In this document: positions 13,931-26,864 of the stretch, piece after piece
Layout of the letters: every line of letters starts with the position of its first letter
Numbering within the stretch: the stretch's first letter is position 1
Assembly (NCBI GenBank): GCA_043228905.1
Contig: JBHGNT010000011.1
Location: forward strand, 12,028,001 to 12,092,000
Origin: Azolla caroliniana
Lineage: Eukaryota > Plantae > Polypodiophyta
DNA length: 64,000 bases
Reading direction: 5' to 3'
Notes under the pieces: generated by a model
Told to the model about the DNA's origin: nothing
Seen by the model: the letters and a program-made list of their open reading frames with translations, nothing else
Database searches by the model: none
Position numbers and translations under genes: made by a program

Positions 13931-14369
13931 AAGAACAAAATCTTAAGTGTGTGTCGAGAGACACAAACTCAAATCCACACCTACCATGTAAAAACATTTC
14001 AGTTTTAGTGCTGGTCCAATGGGGTCATATTTGGGGTGCAAGGGCGATAACGAAATCTACATGTCTATCTCTTCTCCTCAAACATACACATACACACAAC
14101 ATACAACAAATAATCACCCACAACACACACATACCCCTATCAATCAATCAATTTTTGCCATGTGAGGACTATCTATCTACTTCTCAAACAAGCATATATA
14201 GAATCAGGTAGTGAGAGATCTCAAAGGTCGGAGTTCGGATGGCACGAAGAAAATCGATCGGAGGCAGAGGCTAGTGGGCAGATAGGTCTCCTACACACCA
14301 AACAGATTTGTGGTGGTGAGAACTTACAACGAAGAAATGAAAGAAATCCACACACTACTAAGTTCTAAC

Positions 14370-14623
14370 TAGGTAATATACTCGAATGCATGGGCAAACA
14401 TTCTTTTTTTCATACGAATGCAAACGAACGAGTATGTTTTTTTTAAACCCTTTTTTTACCTTTACTTTCTTACTTAAAAATTTGTTTTTACCTTATAGTA
14501 AATAGTTAATCCAAAAAGTATGGTATTTAGTACTTACCATTCGTCGAGGATGTTTACCATACTCGAATGATGGATTCATTCGCGAATGTGAATGCACGTA
14601 TGGTACGTATGGTTCATACTATG
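14370..14623. mobile_element. hAT-like terminus remnant upstream of LSM8
   Basis: Reverse complement from 14623 reads CATAGTATGAACCATACGTACCATACGT, similar to the left end of the hAT at 54313 (CATAGTTGTAACATACGTAGCATACCGT). Confidence 0.5.
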
Positions 14624-14744
14624 CACTGTGCAGTACATACATACATATAGTAAATAGACAGAGACAGAGACAGAGACAGAGACAGAGAGACAGAGACAGT
14701 CACAGAAACACGCGCGCGTGAGTGTGAGGAGGAGGCGGAGGAGA

Positions 14745-14824
14745 GCATTCAAGCGGGAATACTCGCCATTGCTCTGCTGTCTGTCTCTCCTTCACTGCTT
14801 CTTTTCCTTCATCAAGCCCTCCAT
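14745..14824 (+). other. LSM8: Probable non-coding 5' UTR exon of LSM8
   Basis: CT-rich leader ending at a strong donor (CCAT|GTAAGT). The matching acceptor TTGCAG at 16807 lies 20 nt before the ATG. Confidence 0.55.
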
Positions 14825-16826
14825 GTAAGTGCCTCTTCTCTACTCTTCTTCCACAGATTTTTCATGCCCGTGGCTCAGTGCTCGGTAATTCGAAGTTTTT
14901 GAAGCCCGCCGTTTTGTCCTCTTCTTATTCTGTTTGCGATTTGCTTCTTTCCAAAGCTTCCATTTTTTATGTAGTAAGGGCAATAGTTCTTCTTATAGAA
15001 GTGATTTTCTACAAGATCGTCTTTTCAGTAAAGATGCTTCTTCGTCTATCCTGTTGGATTTTTTATTTTCTTTTGTGTGTGTTTTCTGTGGGTTTTTAAA
15101 AGTGTAATGGCCATGGCAAAGACTTAATAAAGGGCTTCCCCACACATTCATTTGTTGACTTATCGATGTATTAGAAGAATAGAGCAAAAGTAAAATGCCT
15201 TAGTTCTTTTGTTTCTTTCACTAGGAATGATGTAGAGATCATTGATGGCCTTGGCAGAAATCACTGAAGGAATTCCTCTAAATAATACTTTTGTTTGATG
15301 ATCAATCTCTGGTATGTATTTTTCCAAAAGCATTGATTGCTATCCAAAAGTGTGTGTAGAAAGAACACATCATTTGGTCATTTCTCTATTGGACTATAAG
15401 AAAAGAGAGAAAGAAAGATAGTGCTTTCTTACTGTTGACATTCAGTCGCAGCTCTTTGAATCACAGAAAGAGATGAAACAACTCAAATAGTGCCTAAAAA
15501 GATAGGTGTTTCAATAGCGATATTTCTCACTATACATATCCTTGGATTGAAGCTTGAAGTCTTTCCTGAAGAGATGCGAGTGAAGAAACAAAAAAATTGT
15601 TCTTAAAAAATAAGAGATTTGGATTGAAGTGTGAAACATTTGCAAAAGAGATCAGTGCAAACAAGTGAAAACAATAGTGTCTAATAAAGATATATGTCTC
15701 AATTATATGATAATTCTGTGACTATATCCTTGGATTGAACTAAGAAATCTTTGCTAAACTCATTCATTATGTTTGGACGTATGGAGCATTTTCTTATGCA
15801 GCATTTGACGAAATATAGGCATTGGCATTGACGTGAATGAAATGGAAAAAAAACCATGTGTAGTTTACTCTCTTGTAGATGAGGATATTATTTTTTTTGC
15901 CTATTGATGTTAATGTTGCATATTCAGCAGTACATTAAGTAAATTCAACCTCATTTGATAACGAGAAAATCTAAAAAGATACCCACAGAATTTTCTTTCT
16001 TTATTTCCCCACATATTCCTAATTTCTTCATTATTTCCCAGATTTCCTTGGTCGATCTCTGAAATGGGAAAAATTGATTGAATTAACCATATAATAGCTC
16101 AAAATTATCTCACGTATGTGACAAAACAGGTGATGAATCGACCATGTCATTGTTCAAATCAGCATATATCATAGCACATTCAGGGATTTGATCACCAAAT
16201 GCATTTGAGGAAATATCAAAATCTCAGGGTCAATTTTGGGCAAATAAAGAAAAACTGCCACAGCCTTTTGAACAAGGAATTTAATTTAAAAGCACTTTTC
16301 GCTTCATCTTGGCTTGAGGTCTCTGGCTCTCAAAACACTGCAGAATGAGGGTATTTTTAGGAATGATGCTATTTGCTTCATCTTGTTAGAGCAATACATG
16401 GATTTGAATAGTATGGAGGGTAGTTCTATGATCTGCAAAGACTTTCAGTATCATGTTTTCTTCTTATAGAATATGCTGTTCTCTATGGGTCTATAAAGCA
16501 TTGGAGTATTTAAATTGAGGTTGTGGCTATAAAGCATCTATTTGGTGCAAATAAATATTATTTTTTCCTTACATTGCTAACATTACTATCAAGATGCTCC
16601 AAAACCTGTTAAGCTATACATATAAGGTCACAAAAAAGAAGATTTCCTATAATGAAACATTACGTTTTATAGACACGTTTTTTTCTTTCTCAAATTTAAG
16701 TACACTTTGTATCATACTTTCTTCATTTGAAATTGCATTGAACAATATTTTGTACAGATATTTTCTGGATGAAAAAACTTGACTGGTTGATATTATGCCA
16801 ATTGCAGCTTCTTGAACATTGTTTTC

Positions 16827-19800
16827 ATGGCTACAACTAGCTTGGAAACTCTAGTAGACCGTATGTTCTCTCTCTCTCTCTCTCTCTTTCTTTCTTTTGC
16901 ACACAGTAATTATCTATCTATCTACCTGCCTACCTACCTACCTATCTGTCTGTCTATCTATCAATCTATCTATCGATATAAAATATAAGAAAATCTCTGA
17001 AATACCCCAGAGTTTTTCTTTATCTCCCCAAATCTTCCTAAGTTTTCATGATTTCCCAGTGACCATGGTCAAACCCCTCCCTTTCTTAATTATATGTGCC
17101 ATTTGAGAAATTATGTTGTATATTCATCTGCCTTTTCTCTCTTTTGGGGGTCAACCAAGGGCACCTACCTATCTATCTACCTACCTGTCTATCTTTCTGT
17201 ATATGCCTTTTATGTGCTTGTTTTGCATTTTATTTCTTACACCTTTTGTTTTATGCTCTTTTTTACAGAAACAATTTCTGTTATAACCAATGATGGTCGG
17301 AACATTGTGGTATGCATGCTTATCACTTGGTCACCTGAGAGAAAAGAATATTTATCATTAAGACATATAAGAGGCTTACAAAAAATGTCTGCATTTACTT
17401 TCCTTCAGGGAATACTTAAGGGTTTCGATCAAGCTACCAACCTTATACTTGATGAATCTCATGAGCGAGTGTATTCAACCAAGGTGAGCAAACTTGATAT
17501 CCTTTGAAGTAGACTTGCAAATTAGTTCTGTTATTTTATGTAATGTTTCATGATGGTCTAGTGTTGTCCTCTCTCAAATGATAGAAGAGATATGTGAGGA
17601 AGGAAAAGAAAAAGGAGAAGAAATGAAAGCAGTAACAAAGGTGTATGCGCTCTTAGGTTTATCCTCCCAGCCTTAGGATATATCTTTACATGCAAGCCCC
17701 TATGTGCAAGATTTTGTATGCATGTCCAATCCCTTATCCACACAATCTAAGTGTTGTGTGTCCACACCCACGCCTAGGAATATATTAGAATTGTCCCTCA
17801 ACTTATCTTCCAATACTTTGTTAACCCTTTTTGACTGACAATTGGTCTTAGAATGTTCTCTGGTATTAAACTTCAATTTACTGCCTAGCTTCACAAATAA
17901 GATAGTCCAAAATTGTCCTGTGAAATGATTGTCTCAGTCTGGGACAATAATATCAGGCAACCCATGAACATGGAATACATATTGAATGACGAGATCAGCT
18001 AAATGCGTCGCAATTGCTTTCTTTGTAGTGGGAACAATTTGTGCCATTTTAATCAACCAGAACTAACACCATTTGTTGACTTTGAGTACAAGGCAAACCC
18101 ACAACAAAATCCATGGACACATGCTGCCGTTTTCGATCTGGGAAAGGCAAAAGCTATAACATTCCAAGGTATCAAACTCTCTCATAGGTAGAGGTCTGAC
18201 AAGCAATGCATCAAGTTGCATAGTCTTGCACATCCTTGTCAAATTTGGTCATCAATAGTAGCGCTTAACCAACTCCAGTGTCTTCTTCGCGCCCAGATGT
18301 CCAACACATGAAACTCTAGTGTCATTTTTCATGTTGAGATGTCCAACAGATGAACTATGATGTCCAACACATTAAAACCACATATTGACTTATCAACAAG
18401 GCCGTTCATGATTCTATCTAAGCCACATAGATTCCATGCATCCCTTCGTAACTCTCATGGTTGAAAGCCTAGTCTTGTGTCCCAAGGATTTTATATTCCC
18501 TAGACTATGTAAGGGTTAGGAATGATGTCAATAGGGCTGAGGAATACTCAGGACGCACCCTAGTATATGCTCTTTAGATGCAACAGTGGAGCTATGGTAG
18601 AAAAGATAGAGAGCGAGCAGTTGTTGGAGGAGCTCACCTTTCAAGTGAGATCCAAAAGCTTTTAACTCATGTTTTATATGACCCATTTAGGGTTGGCCAA
18701 GTTCTCACTGAACTTGGCCCAAAAAATAACGAAAAAGTGATTAGTGACTTTTGGCCTTTATAAATAGGCCTATACACATTTGCACACTATAAGGGGTCAT
18801 TTAGGGCCTTTACCCCAACAGACTAAGCCTTTTGGAGTTGAGTTCATCTATTAATGGTGCAACAAATGCCTAATAGTAACTCAACTCTGGTTATGCTTGG
18901 CTTTATGTTAAGGTCTCTGGGTGATATGGGTAGAGAATAATGTTAAAACTTTGGAGACCCTCAACTGTGTGTGGTTCATGATGGAGGCTATCTAATACAT
19001 TTCTGATTTCACATAATGGGCATTTATGTAAAATTTCCCGGACTAATTCAATCTTAAATATGCATACTTATCCGCAAAATTTCATTTCTCAAATGGAAAC
19101 ATGTTTTTATTTAGTGATAGTTTGTTTGGTTGTAAGCTGCTTGAGTTTACATATGGTATTGATATGTTATAATTCCCTATTTCTGTAAGAACTATTCAGT
19201 CCTTGACTGTGGCTCATAGGCTAAGCCATAATTTTCCGCTTTTTGTGCTTCAACCACCCAATAAATTGCAAGATTTTTCAGGAGTGGTATGTCAGTTAAT
19301 AGCAGGCGGTGCGGGAATATTTATCATATGGTTGATCTGATTCACTTATAAAAGAATAGGCTTATGAGTGCTGGCTAATACTATGTTGGAGTGTATATCT
19401 GTGGAAAAGAAAGCTTATCAAATGAGTGAGAGATAAGAATGAACAAGAGAAGAATGGAAAGAGGTTAAATTAAAGAGGGCTATCACTTTTTGCATGAGAG
19501 CTGTGCAGGGTTAATCTATTTCAGAGTTCTCTCATTCATTTTTCACTGTCACTCTTATGGTAATCTTTCTCTTACATTATTATACCCTGCAACACGATTG
19601 AAAAAGTTTTCTGATATTAACTAGAATCTAGCATTTTTTATCAACAAGATAAATGACCTTAAGTGTTTATTATGAATGAATTTAATTTGAGTTCAGTGTA
19701 CAACTGTTCATATAACATTATGTATTCAAATATAACAGTCTATAGTTTTGTACTCAAATATAATGTTTTGACATTTGGAAATACTAACCAATTTTGGTTA

Positions 19801-20232
19801 GTATCTTGGAATTTGGTTCATTGGTTTATGTCGTGAGATGGGTTTATACTAACCAATCTGGCTTTCAGGCTGGTGTTGAACAACTTGTGTTAGGTCTTTA
19901 CATCATAAGAGGAGACAACATGTAAGTTTCTTTCTCATGTGCGTTTTCAAATTTGTATACCATATTAGCATTTTCCAAAACATTGTGTTTATTTCATTTT
20001 TCAGATTTATACCAATATCTTATTTTTCAAAATTTGGAAACTGTGTCATGTTTTTTATTGTTCAAAAACTTTGTACCATATACATTTACACTTTCATATT
20101 TTTAGTCACTTTATTTTAATTATTCTTGGTTTCCTCCCCAGTGCTGTTGTTGGGGAGCTAGATGAAGAGCTGGATGCAAGCTTGGACTTCGATCAAGTAC
20201 GCGCACATCCTCTTAAGTCTTTGCAACATTAG
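16827..20232 (+). CDS. LSM8: Sm-like protein LSM8 (U6 snRNP LSm2-8 ring), 5 coding exons, 97 aa
   Basis: Exons 16827-16860, 17269-17309, 17409-17483, 19869-19921 and 20142-20232, all GT-AG, splice in frame to MATTSLETLVDQTISVITNDGRNIVGILKGFDQATNLILDESHERVYSTKAGVEQLVLGLYIIRGDNIAVVGELDEELDASLDFDQVRAHPLKSLQH*. Confidence 0.96.
17780..18500 (-). mobile_element. Degenerate Gypsy integrase fragment in LSM8 intron 3
   Basis: Minus strand reads HGLPDIIV.D..FTGQFWTILFVKLGSKLKFNT.EH..TN.QS.RVNKVLEDKLR, a Ty3/Gypsy rve integrase core with stops. Confidence 0.75.
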
Positions 20233-21094
20233 TTTATTTGATTTAATAATAATAATAACAATAATAAATAGATTTATGATAGTAGATATAGCATAATCAT
20301 AGATTTAGTACTTAGTATTGCTGATTGTGGATGCTAGAGTGTAGACTTAAGCAAATTTATGTCTAATATATCTTAAATCATAGAACAATTACATACTTAG
20401 TATAGATGATTATAGGAGCCTGTAGACATGCAAATTCTACTTTTAACGTCTCAAGTTTATCGATATGAAGATAAGTGAATTCTGTGTTGAAGATAGAAGT
20501 TTTCATCCAAGTTTTCTTTTGTAACACGGTATTGAAACAACAGATATATCTTGTCTATTTTAACAAAGAATCACTTTACTTGTCTTGTATTGGGATGTGT
20601 CTTAAGATGCAAATTCTATATGGAACGGTATTTAATATATTAACTGGTGGATACTCTTGGAAATATTAACACTTTGCAAGAAGCTCCTCCAAACCAGACA
20701 ACTGTATGTTTTCATGAAAGTTCTTGAAGATATTCTAAATTATTAATTATGAATGGTTTAGGAAAGTTTTGTTATAATGCTAGGATCATCACAAATTGGT
20801 CAATTATTTAATGCTATTATATTAATCAATGGATATGCTTGGAAAGATCAATACTTCGCAAGCATTTCATCCAAATCAGACAACCTATGTGTTCATGAAA
20901 GTTCTCAAGGATCTTCTATATGATTGATAGTGTCTGGTTTAGGAAAGGTTTATCATTATATACTAAATTCATTCAAATAATAGAAACTTGGGAACATTTG
21001 GGGAGATACAGAAGAACTTGGGTATTTCAAAATTTTCCTGGTATATTTAAGATGGTTGAAACATTGCTACTTTTGTGTGGTTAGTAGTAACTAG

Positions 21095-21790
21095 GCTTTG
21101 GAGTTCTAATTTAATGGCTTTATCGATGGTATAAATGTTCATTTTTTTGTGATGCAAATGTTTAGAGGGACATTGTATAAGGTATCAATTTCTATATTAA
21201 GAAAGCTGGCATAGACCATATGTAAGTTGGAGCTAGTAAGCAAGAATGTTATTAAAGGATTTGGTGATCAATGATTGGCGCTCTTGCAAATGAGCTAGCA
21301 GAATTTTGTAAGACTTATGAGTTCTAATGCAATGGTATAAATGCTTATTTTTTGGTGATGCAAAGGTTTAGAGGGACATATAAGTTATCAATCCATATAT
21401 TAACAAAGCTGGATAGACCATATGTAAGTTGGAGCTAGTAAGCAAGAATGTTATTAAAGGATTTGGTGATCAATGATTGACACTCTTGCAAATGAGCTAG
21501 AATAATTTTGTATGATCATATGAAGAATTTTACACGATTGCTCAGCCTTGCAAATGAGCAAGAAGAATTTTGTAAGACTTAGGAGTTCTAATTCAATGGT
21601 ATAAATGTTTATTTTTTGGTGATGCAAAGGTTTAGAGGGACGTTGTATAAGTTATCAATCCATATATTAACAAAGCTGGATAGACCAAATGTAAGTTGGA
21701 GCTATCTAGTAAACAAGAAAGCTGTAAAGGATTTGGTGATCAATGATTGCATGCTCTTGCAAAGGAGCTAGAATAATTTTGTATATGATT
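21095..21790. repeat. Three diverged tandem copies of a ~210-260 bp unit
   Basis: The block ATGGTATAAATG..GATGCAAA.GTTTAGAGGGAC..TAGACCA.ATGTAAGTTGGAGCTA..AAAGGATTTGGTGATCAATGATTG..CTCTTGCAAA occurs three times. Confidence 0.9.
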
Positions 21791-22741
21791 GTATGAAGGT
21801 GTCTTGTCTCAACATTATTTTGTTGAAAACTTTTGTCTCTAATCTAAGAAGGCATTTTTTATAAACATTTAGGCTCTTTGTTTGGGATATGTTCAAAATA
21901 AAGTACCTTTCAGTGAACTAGGTCTTCTATGAATATGGTTGATTGTTCATTCTAACACTTGACCATATGTAAGTTAGCTAAATGATAGAGTTGGAGCACA
22001 TCATCCCAAAAGTAAGTAGAGAACACTTTAATTAGCTAGATGATAGATCCTTATATGGTGAGACTTCAAGATGGAAATTGACCTCAAGCCATATCTTATT
22101 GTTCCCACATGAATGAGCTTAGTGATATTGCAATTTTGATCATGATGAAAAAAGTCGAGAAACAAGAGCACATGTGTTTTTGTATCATATAATAGTATGC
22201 ATATATGGAAGAACCAAGAAAAGCAAACTTTCCATGTTATACACATTATTCACTAAAAGATTTTGATTGAAATGCCTTGCATGCTAACCTAGGAGAAATA
22301 TTTAATTCGTTAAAGTTGGGGTGAACATATGAGGTCCTTTTGAAATTACCTTTACGAAGATGGAAAAGTCGACTATAGCTCACATTATATCCTTCATAGA
22401 TTGTGTTGTCAAGTCCATTTGCTAGGTCACAGCCTTTTTTGGCTCAAGAAATAGTTTTTCAACAATTTGTACTTAGTAACAAATAATCCATTTGACATTG
22501 CATTGTTAATTGTGTTGGCTAAGTCATCAATTTTTGTGCACAAGAAAATGTTTTTGAGTAAGTGACAAATAATCCGATTCATGTGTAAGGGGTTAAAGTA
22601 GGATGGTAATTCCTTAGGAATTATGTATTAGTTTCAAATTTATGGACAAAGGTGTGGCATTCCGTTGTGTAAGAGGTTAGAGTAGATGGGCATTTCCATT
22701 CCATTCATAAATAATATGGAAGCCGAGGACGAGGAAAGCGT

Positions 22742-22979
22742 CCAATGGATGACGTACATTCCGTGGTGTGAATGAACGGATGCATTTGTCTGTCTCTATA
22801 TGCAATCCATCGATGGCCTTTAAAAACACAGACAAAAGAGAAGGCGTTTTGATGAGGCATCCAATGGATGATGTACATTCCGCGGTGTGAATGAAAGCAT
22901 GTCTTTGTCTTGTCTCTGTATGCAATCCATCGATGGCCTTTAAAAACACACACAAAAGAGAAGGTGTTTTGACGAGGCA
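22742..22979. repeat. Tandem duplication, two copies of ~119 bp, upstream of the thioredoxin gene
   Basis: CCAATGGATGA.GTACATTCCG.GGTGTGAATGAA...TGCAATCCATCGATGGCCTTTAAAAACACA.ACAAAAGAGAAGG occurs twice. Confidence 0.9.
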
Positions 22980-23122
22980 GCAGGCTAAGTCTTATAATTT
23001 ACGAGAACTAGAGCTCTATTTTAATCCAATGCCATTTTTAAGACGCGATTCTGTCTTAGGCATTATGAAATAACCGCCCTCACATCAAATGCGATGAAAA
23101 TGCTGGATTTTGTTTGTTATGT

Positions 23123-23164
<42 letters not shown>

Positions 23165-23200
23165 GTCTTTTTTCGTTTGTTTTAATTTGACGTCTTTGGA

Positions 23201-24173
23201 ATGGAAGACCATGGATTTGTGAAGGTCTGTTGCTCCTCAGAAATGTGGCACAGGAATCTTGAAGAAGCCATCACTCAATCGAGGCTTGTATAACAAATTC
23301 TTCTCCTTCTTCTTTGCATGTATATATATGCATGTGTATACTCTTAATAATAAGGAATCATGAGTTTGCTTGATCCATACTTCTGTGTAGTGTGCATGTG
23401 TAGTGTGGTAGGAGTCAATCATTTCATAATGGAGACATTCAATTGATGATTTTCAAGTGGGGTTTGGGGGGGTTAACTAACCAACCATGGTCACATAAGA
23501 ACAAACAAACTCAATCCACTTTGTAGGTAGTGGTTGCCTTCAAGGCCAAATGGTGTGCTTCGTGTCGACTCATGGCCCCATCTTTTGTTGAGCTCTCGAA
23601 GAAGCATCCTCAAGTCCTCTTCATCACAATCGATGTCGACCAAGTGCCGGTAATCCTCTCAAGAATGAATGAATGATTACTCTCTTTCGATCCTTTTTTC
23701 GGAACATATCGATTAACTTAAATTTATGTACCATGTATCGGATCTACACACATTGTCGTACTCTTGTCGATGCCTTTGTTTCTACTACCACCATACAAGT
23801 ATTTGTTAGCGCAACGATATTGGACTCAAGATGTTCCATCTTACAGTAAAGGAAATGACACTTTGGTGTGTTCTTTGGGGGGATCCATAAGACCAACTCT
23901 TATGATGATGCCATAATGTGTTTCAAAAATAGATTTATAACCTTGTCAGTAATAGGGGACATTAAAAAACAAATGTTCGTTGCCTCATGTTGAATGTAGG
24001 ATATCACAGCTCAATGGAACGTGCAAGGACTACCGACTTTCATCATTATCAAGGGTAATAAAGAGGTTGAAAGGGTTGTAGGTGCAAACAAAGAGGAGCT
24101 TGACAAGAAACTTGTTTCCCATGTCCAACATCCTCAAACAAACGAAAATGTACCCTCGAAAAAAAAGAAATAA
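23201..24173 (+). CDS. Thioredoxin h-type protein with atypical WCASC active site, 3 exons, 127 aa
   Basis: Exons 23201-23287, 23527-23649 (123 nt, typical of Trx h) and 24000-24173 give MEDHGFVKVCCSSEMWHRNLEEAITQSRL/VVVAFKAKWCASCRLMAPSFVELSKKHPQVLFITIDVDQVP/DITAQWNVQGLPTFIIIKGNKEVERVVGANKEELDKKLVSHVQHPQTNENVPSKKKK*. Confidence 0.92.
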
Positions 24174-24911
24174 AGTTCATAAGGTTCCATATGCTTATAC
24201 ATATTATCTTAATTTGTTTTAGGAAGGTATTGCCTGCATGTGTCAACCAAAGGTATTACTTCTTTCCCTAAATGAGCCTCATTTATGTTTTATTTGTATC
24301 ACATTTTATTATTATAGGAAACCATTGTCAAGACTCAAGTATTAGAGTTGTCTTTCTACATGTAATTTAATGCAAGGGAGCTTGATTGTCTATCTACTTG
24401 CACAATATATGTAGCCCATTTTTTGTGGAGCATGATTGTCCATCTAAATAATTAGGGAGGAGTAAGGATAACAAGGCCAGCTAGGTGGGTGATGTGAGAT
24501 ATCAATCAACAACTAGGGTTTGAAATTTTCGTGGTTTGTTCCATTATTTCCCTTTCTTCTCATTTGGTTGTCAAGGTGTTCATGATATGTTGTATTTGTT
24601 TGTGGGTGATTCCATCTAATAATCGAATTCCCACCTCTTAGTGGATGTGTGTTCTAATATAAGGAGGGTAATTCATGATCATCTCACCAATGTGTATGCA
24701 TCCCAATATCCAAGTTTATGGGAGTTTGATAGAGTCATATTTTATTGCCTTCTCTCATGCTTACCATTAAGATTTTAGGGTCCTCACGAGATGGATATCA
24801 ATATCTAGTAGAATCATGGCTATTGTGGATGATCACTATTTATTGAGATTGACATAGTTTTTTTTATATCCAGGTGAGCAAAGTAGAGGTTGCAATCAAG
24901 ATTTGTTAATT

Positions 24912-24914
<3 letters not shown>

Positions 24915-24988
<74 letters not shown>
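24915..24988. repeat. Compound microsatellite (TA)n(GA)n
   Basis: Directly visible. Confidence 0.95.
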
Positions 24989-24990
<2 letters not shown>

Positions 24991-25304
24991 AAAATAAAAG
25001 ATGGAGATCGTTTTCCTATTTTTGAGATATTAGTGATTGTACCATAATCTGATATGCACAAAGCTTTTGTATTTGATGGTAGACATGGAATCAAAGCATA
25101 TCAATGAAAGTTGAAGGGCGTACTAATATGATAATTTTCTTTATTGGAGAAAGTAGAAATTCTTTACTCGATGGTCTGTTTGTCTTGCTTATTCCAATTC
25201 AACATGTTCCACTACTCATTGTAGTGGTCACCATACTCCATTGTGATACCCATTGTAAGTAGTGTTTTTCAAGCACGATGTGTTTTCACCAAGAGAGAGA
25301 GAGA

Positions 25305-26618
25305 GAAGAAGAAAGATATATTAACGTCTTCTAAGACCAAAATTGGCCTATGAGACAAATGATACAATAACAGGATGAGTACCCAATCATTGAAAAATAA
25401 TATAAAAATAGCATAAACGCCCAATAATGGGATTTAAAGGGGAAAAGGGAACATAAATAAAAGAGTTAAATTATGGTACAAAAGTGTGATGGGGTGTAGT
25501 GTGTTCTATAAATCAATGGTTATGTATTGAGACTAGTTCCATTTCCATCCAAGTTTCTTGAAAGGAGAAGGGGGTTAAAGGGTTTTGATGTGGGTTTGGT
25601 CTGTGGTCTCAATTTAAATGGTATCCTAACCATAGCTCTTAGGCGGGGTAACTCATGTTCCCATATCTTCTTAATTATGTCTATTGCACAACAATGAGTG
25701 ACTTTGAAGCTTAATATCTGAGGGCTTTTGATTGCTCTCTAATCTTTTGCTTTAGAGAGGGAGAGGCCGAGTGGCAAAAGTTGGTGAATATTAGAATGAT
25801 AATGGTTCATATCTTGTACCTTACCCTCTCTCTATGCTATTTTAGTTTTAAGATACACCTACCAAGTGTCTTTATATGAGAGGTATCTAATAAGTGGGAG
25901 AGTGTCAGTATGTCTTGATATTTTTCTCTCATGTCGATGTAAGCTGGACATTTCCATGTACAATGGTACTCATATTCTGTCTCTATGTGACACAATCTAC
26001 ATATCCCTTTCTCCATTAGCATGACCATTTTTAATGTCAAGTTGGTGGGATAATGTGATTTAAATTGTCCAATAGAAACCTTTAGTGCATGTGCTAAGAA
26101 AATATCTAGATATTTGGGTCAGATAATGAAACCCAACTCAGAGAAATGTTTAAAATGTTCCTTATAGTAAAACATTTTAGATGGGAGTGGCTTTAATACG
26201 TTTATCCATCTATGTCAAGTATAAATTTGCCATGTGTCTTGGCATATCAATTGATTACAGTTCCCATGAGAGATTAAAGTTTTATGTGTATCTTGTCGTG
26301 CCTAAGAGGAGGTGGGGTATTAATGTCTAGGTCACTTTCTAAAAGCCAATTTACCATAATACTTTACTTAGAGCTAGTATCCTCAAACTCAGAGAGCGGT
26401 CAAGATGCCTGGAAAGCTTACCAAGTTAACCTATTTTGTGATTGGCCATGTAGTTGAAAAAGTGTTTTTAATAGTGTAGGGGGTAAAACGAACTCTACTC
26501 TAATGATTGCATATTGGTTTGCTTTGGGTTTCTCATGGTAGCATCGTGACCGATGGTCTCTCTAATTGCAACCACATGAAAGGTGGTATTCCCCAAGCCC
26601 AAACTACCGCTACATACG
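25305..26618 (-). mobile_element. Old, 5'-truncated, decayed copy of the RTEX-like LINE
   Basis: Same 3' end as the intact copy (TTAACGTCTTCTAAG.CCAAA.TTGGCC.ATGAGACAA) and CCHC remnant ICRLCHIETEYEYHCTWKCPAY. Many indels. Confidence 0.88.
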
Positions 26619-26619
26619 T

Positions 26620-26657
<38 letters not shown>

Positions 26658-26864
26658 AAGAAGAAAGAAGAAAGAAAGGTGTATTAACGTCTTCTAAGGC
26701 CAAATTTGGCCCATGAGACAATTGGTTTACAACAATAGAGTATTTATCCAGTCATCATAACTAAAAATAAAATTAAGTAAAAAAAAATAGAACTTAAACT
26801 AAAAGAGTTCTAGTAGTGTACAATATGTAGTATACTCGAAAGTGATTATACACTAAGCCTAATT

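Noticed and set aside
19990-20030. TTTTTCAGATTTAT match between LSM8 intron 4 and the LTR at ~415
   Set aside because: Short AT-rich match, not enough to claim shared origin.
21095-21790. Repeat arrays (also 40944 and 54716) as CRISPR-like
   Set aside because: They are tandem units with no unique spacers and no cas genes, in a eukaryotic context.
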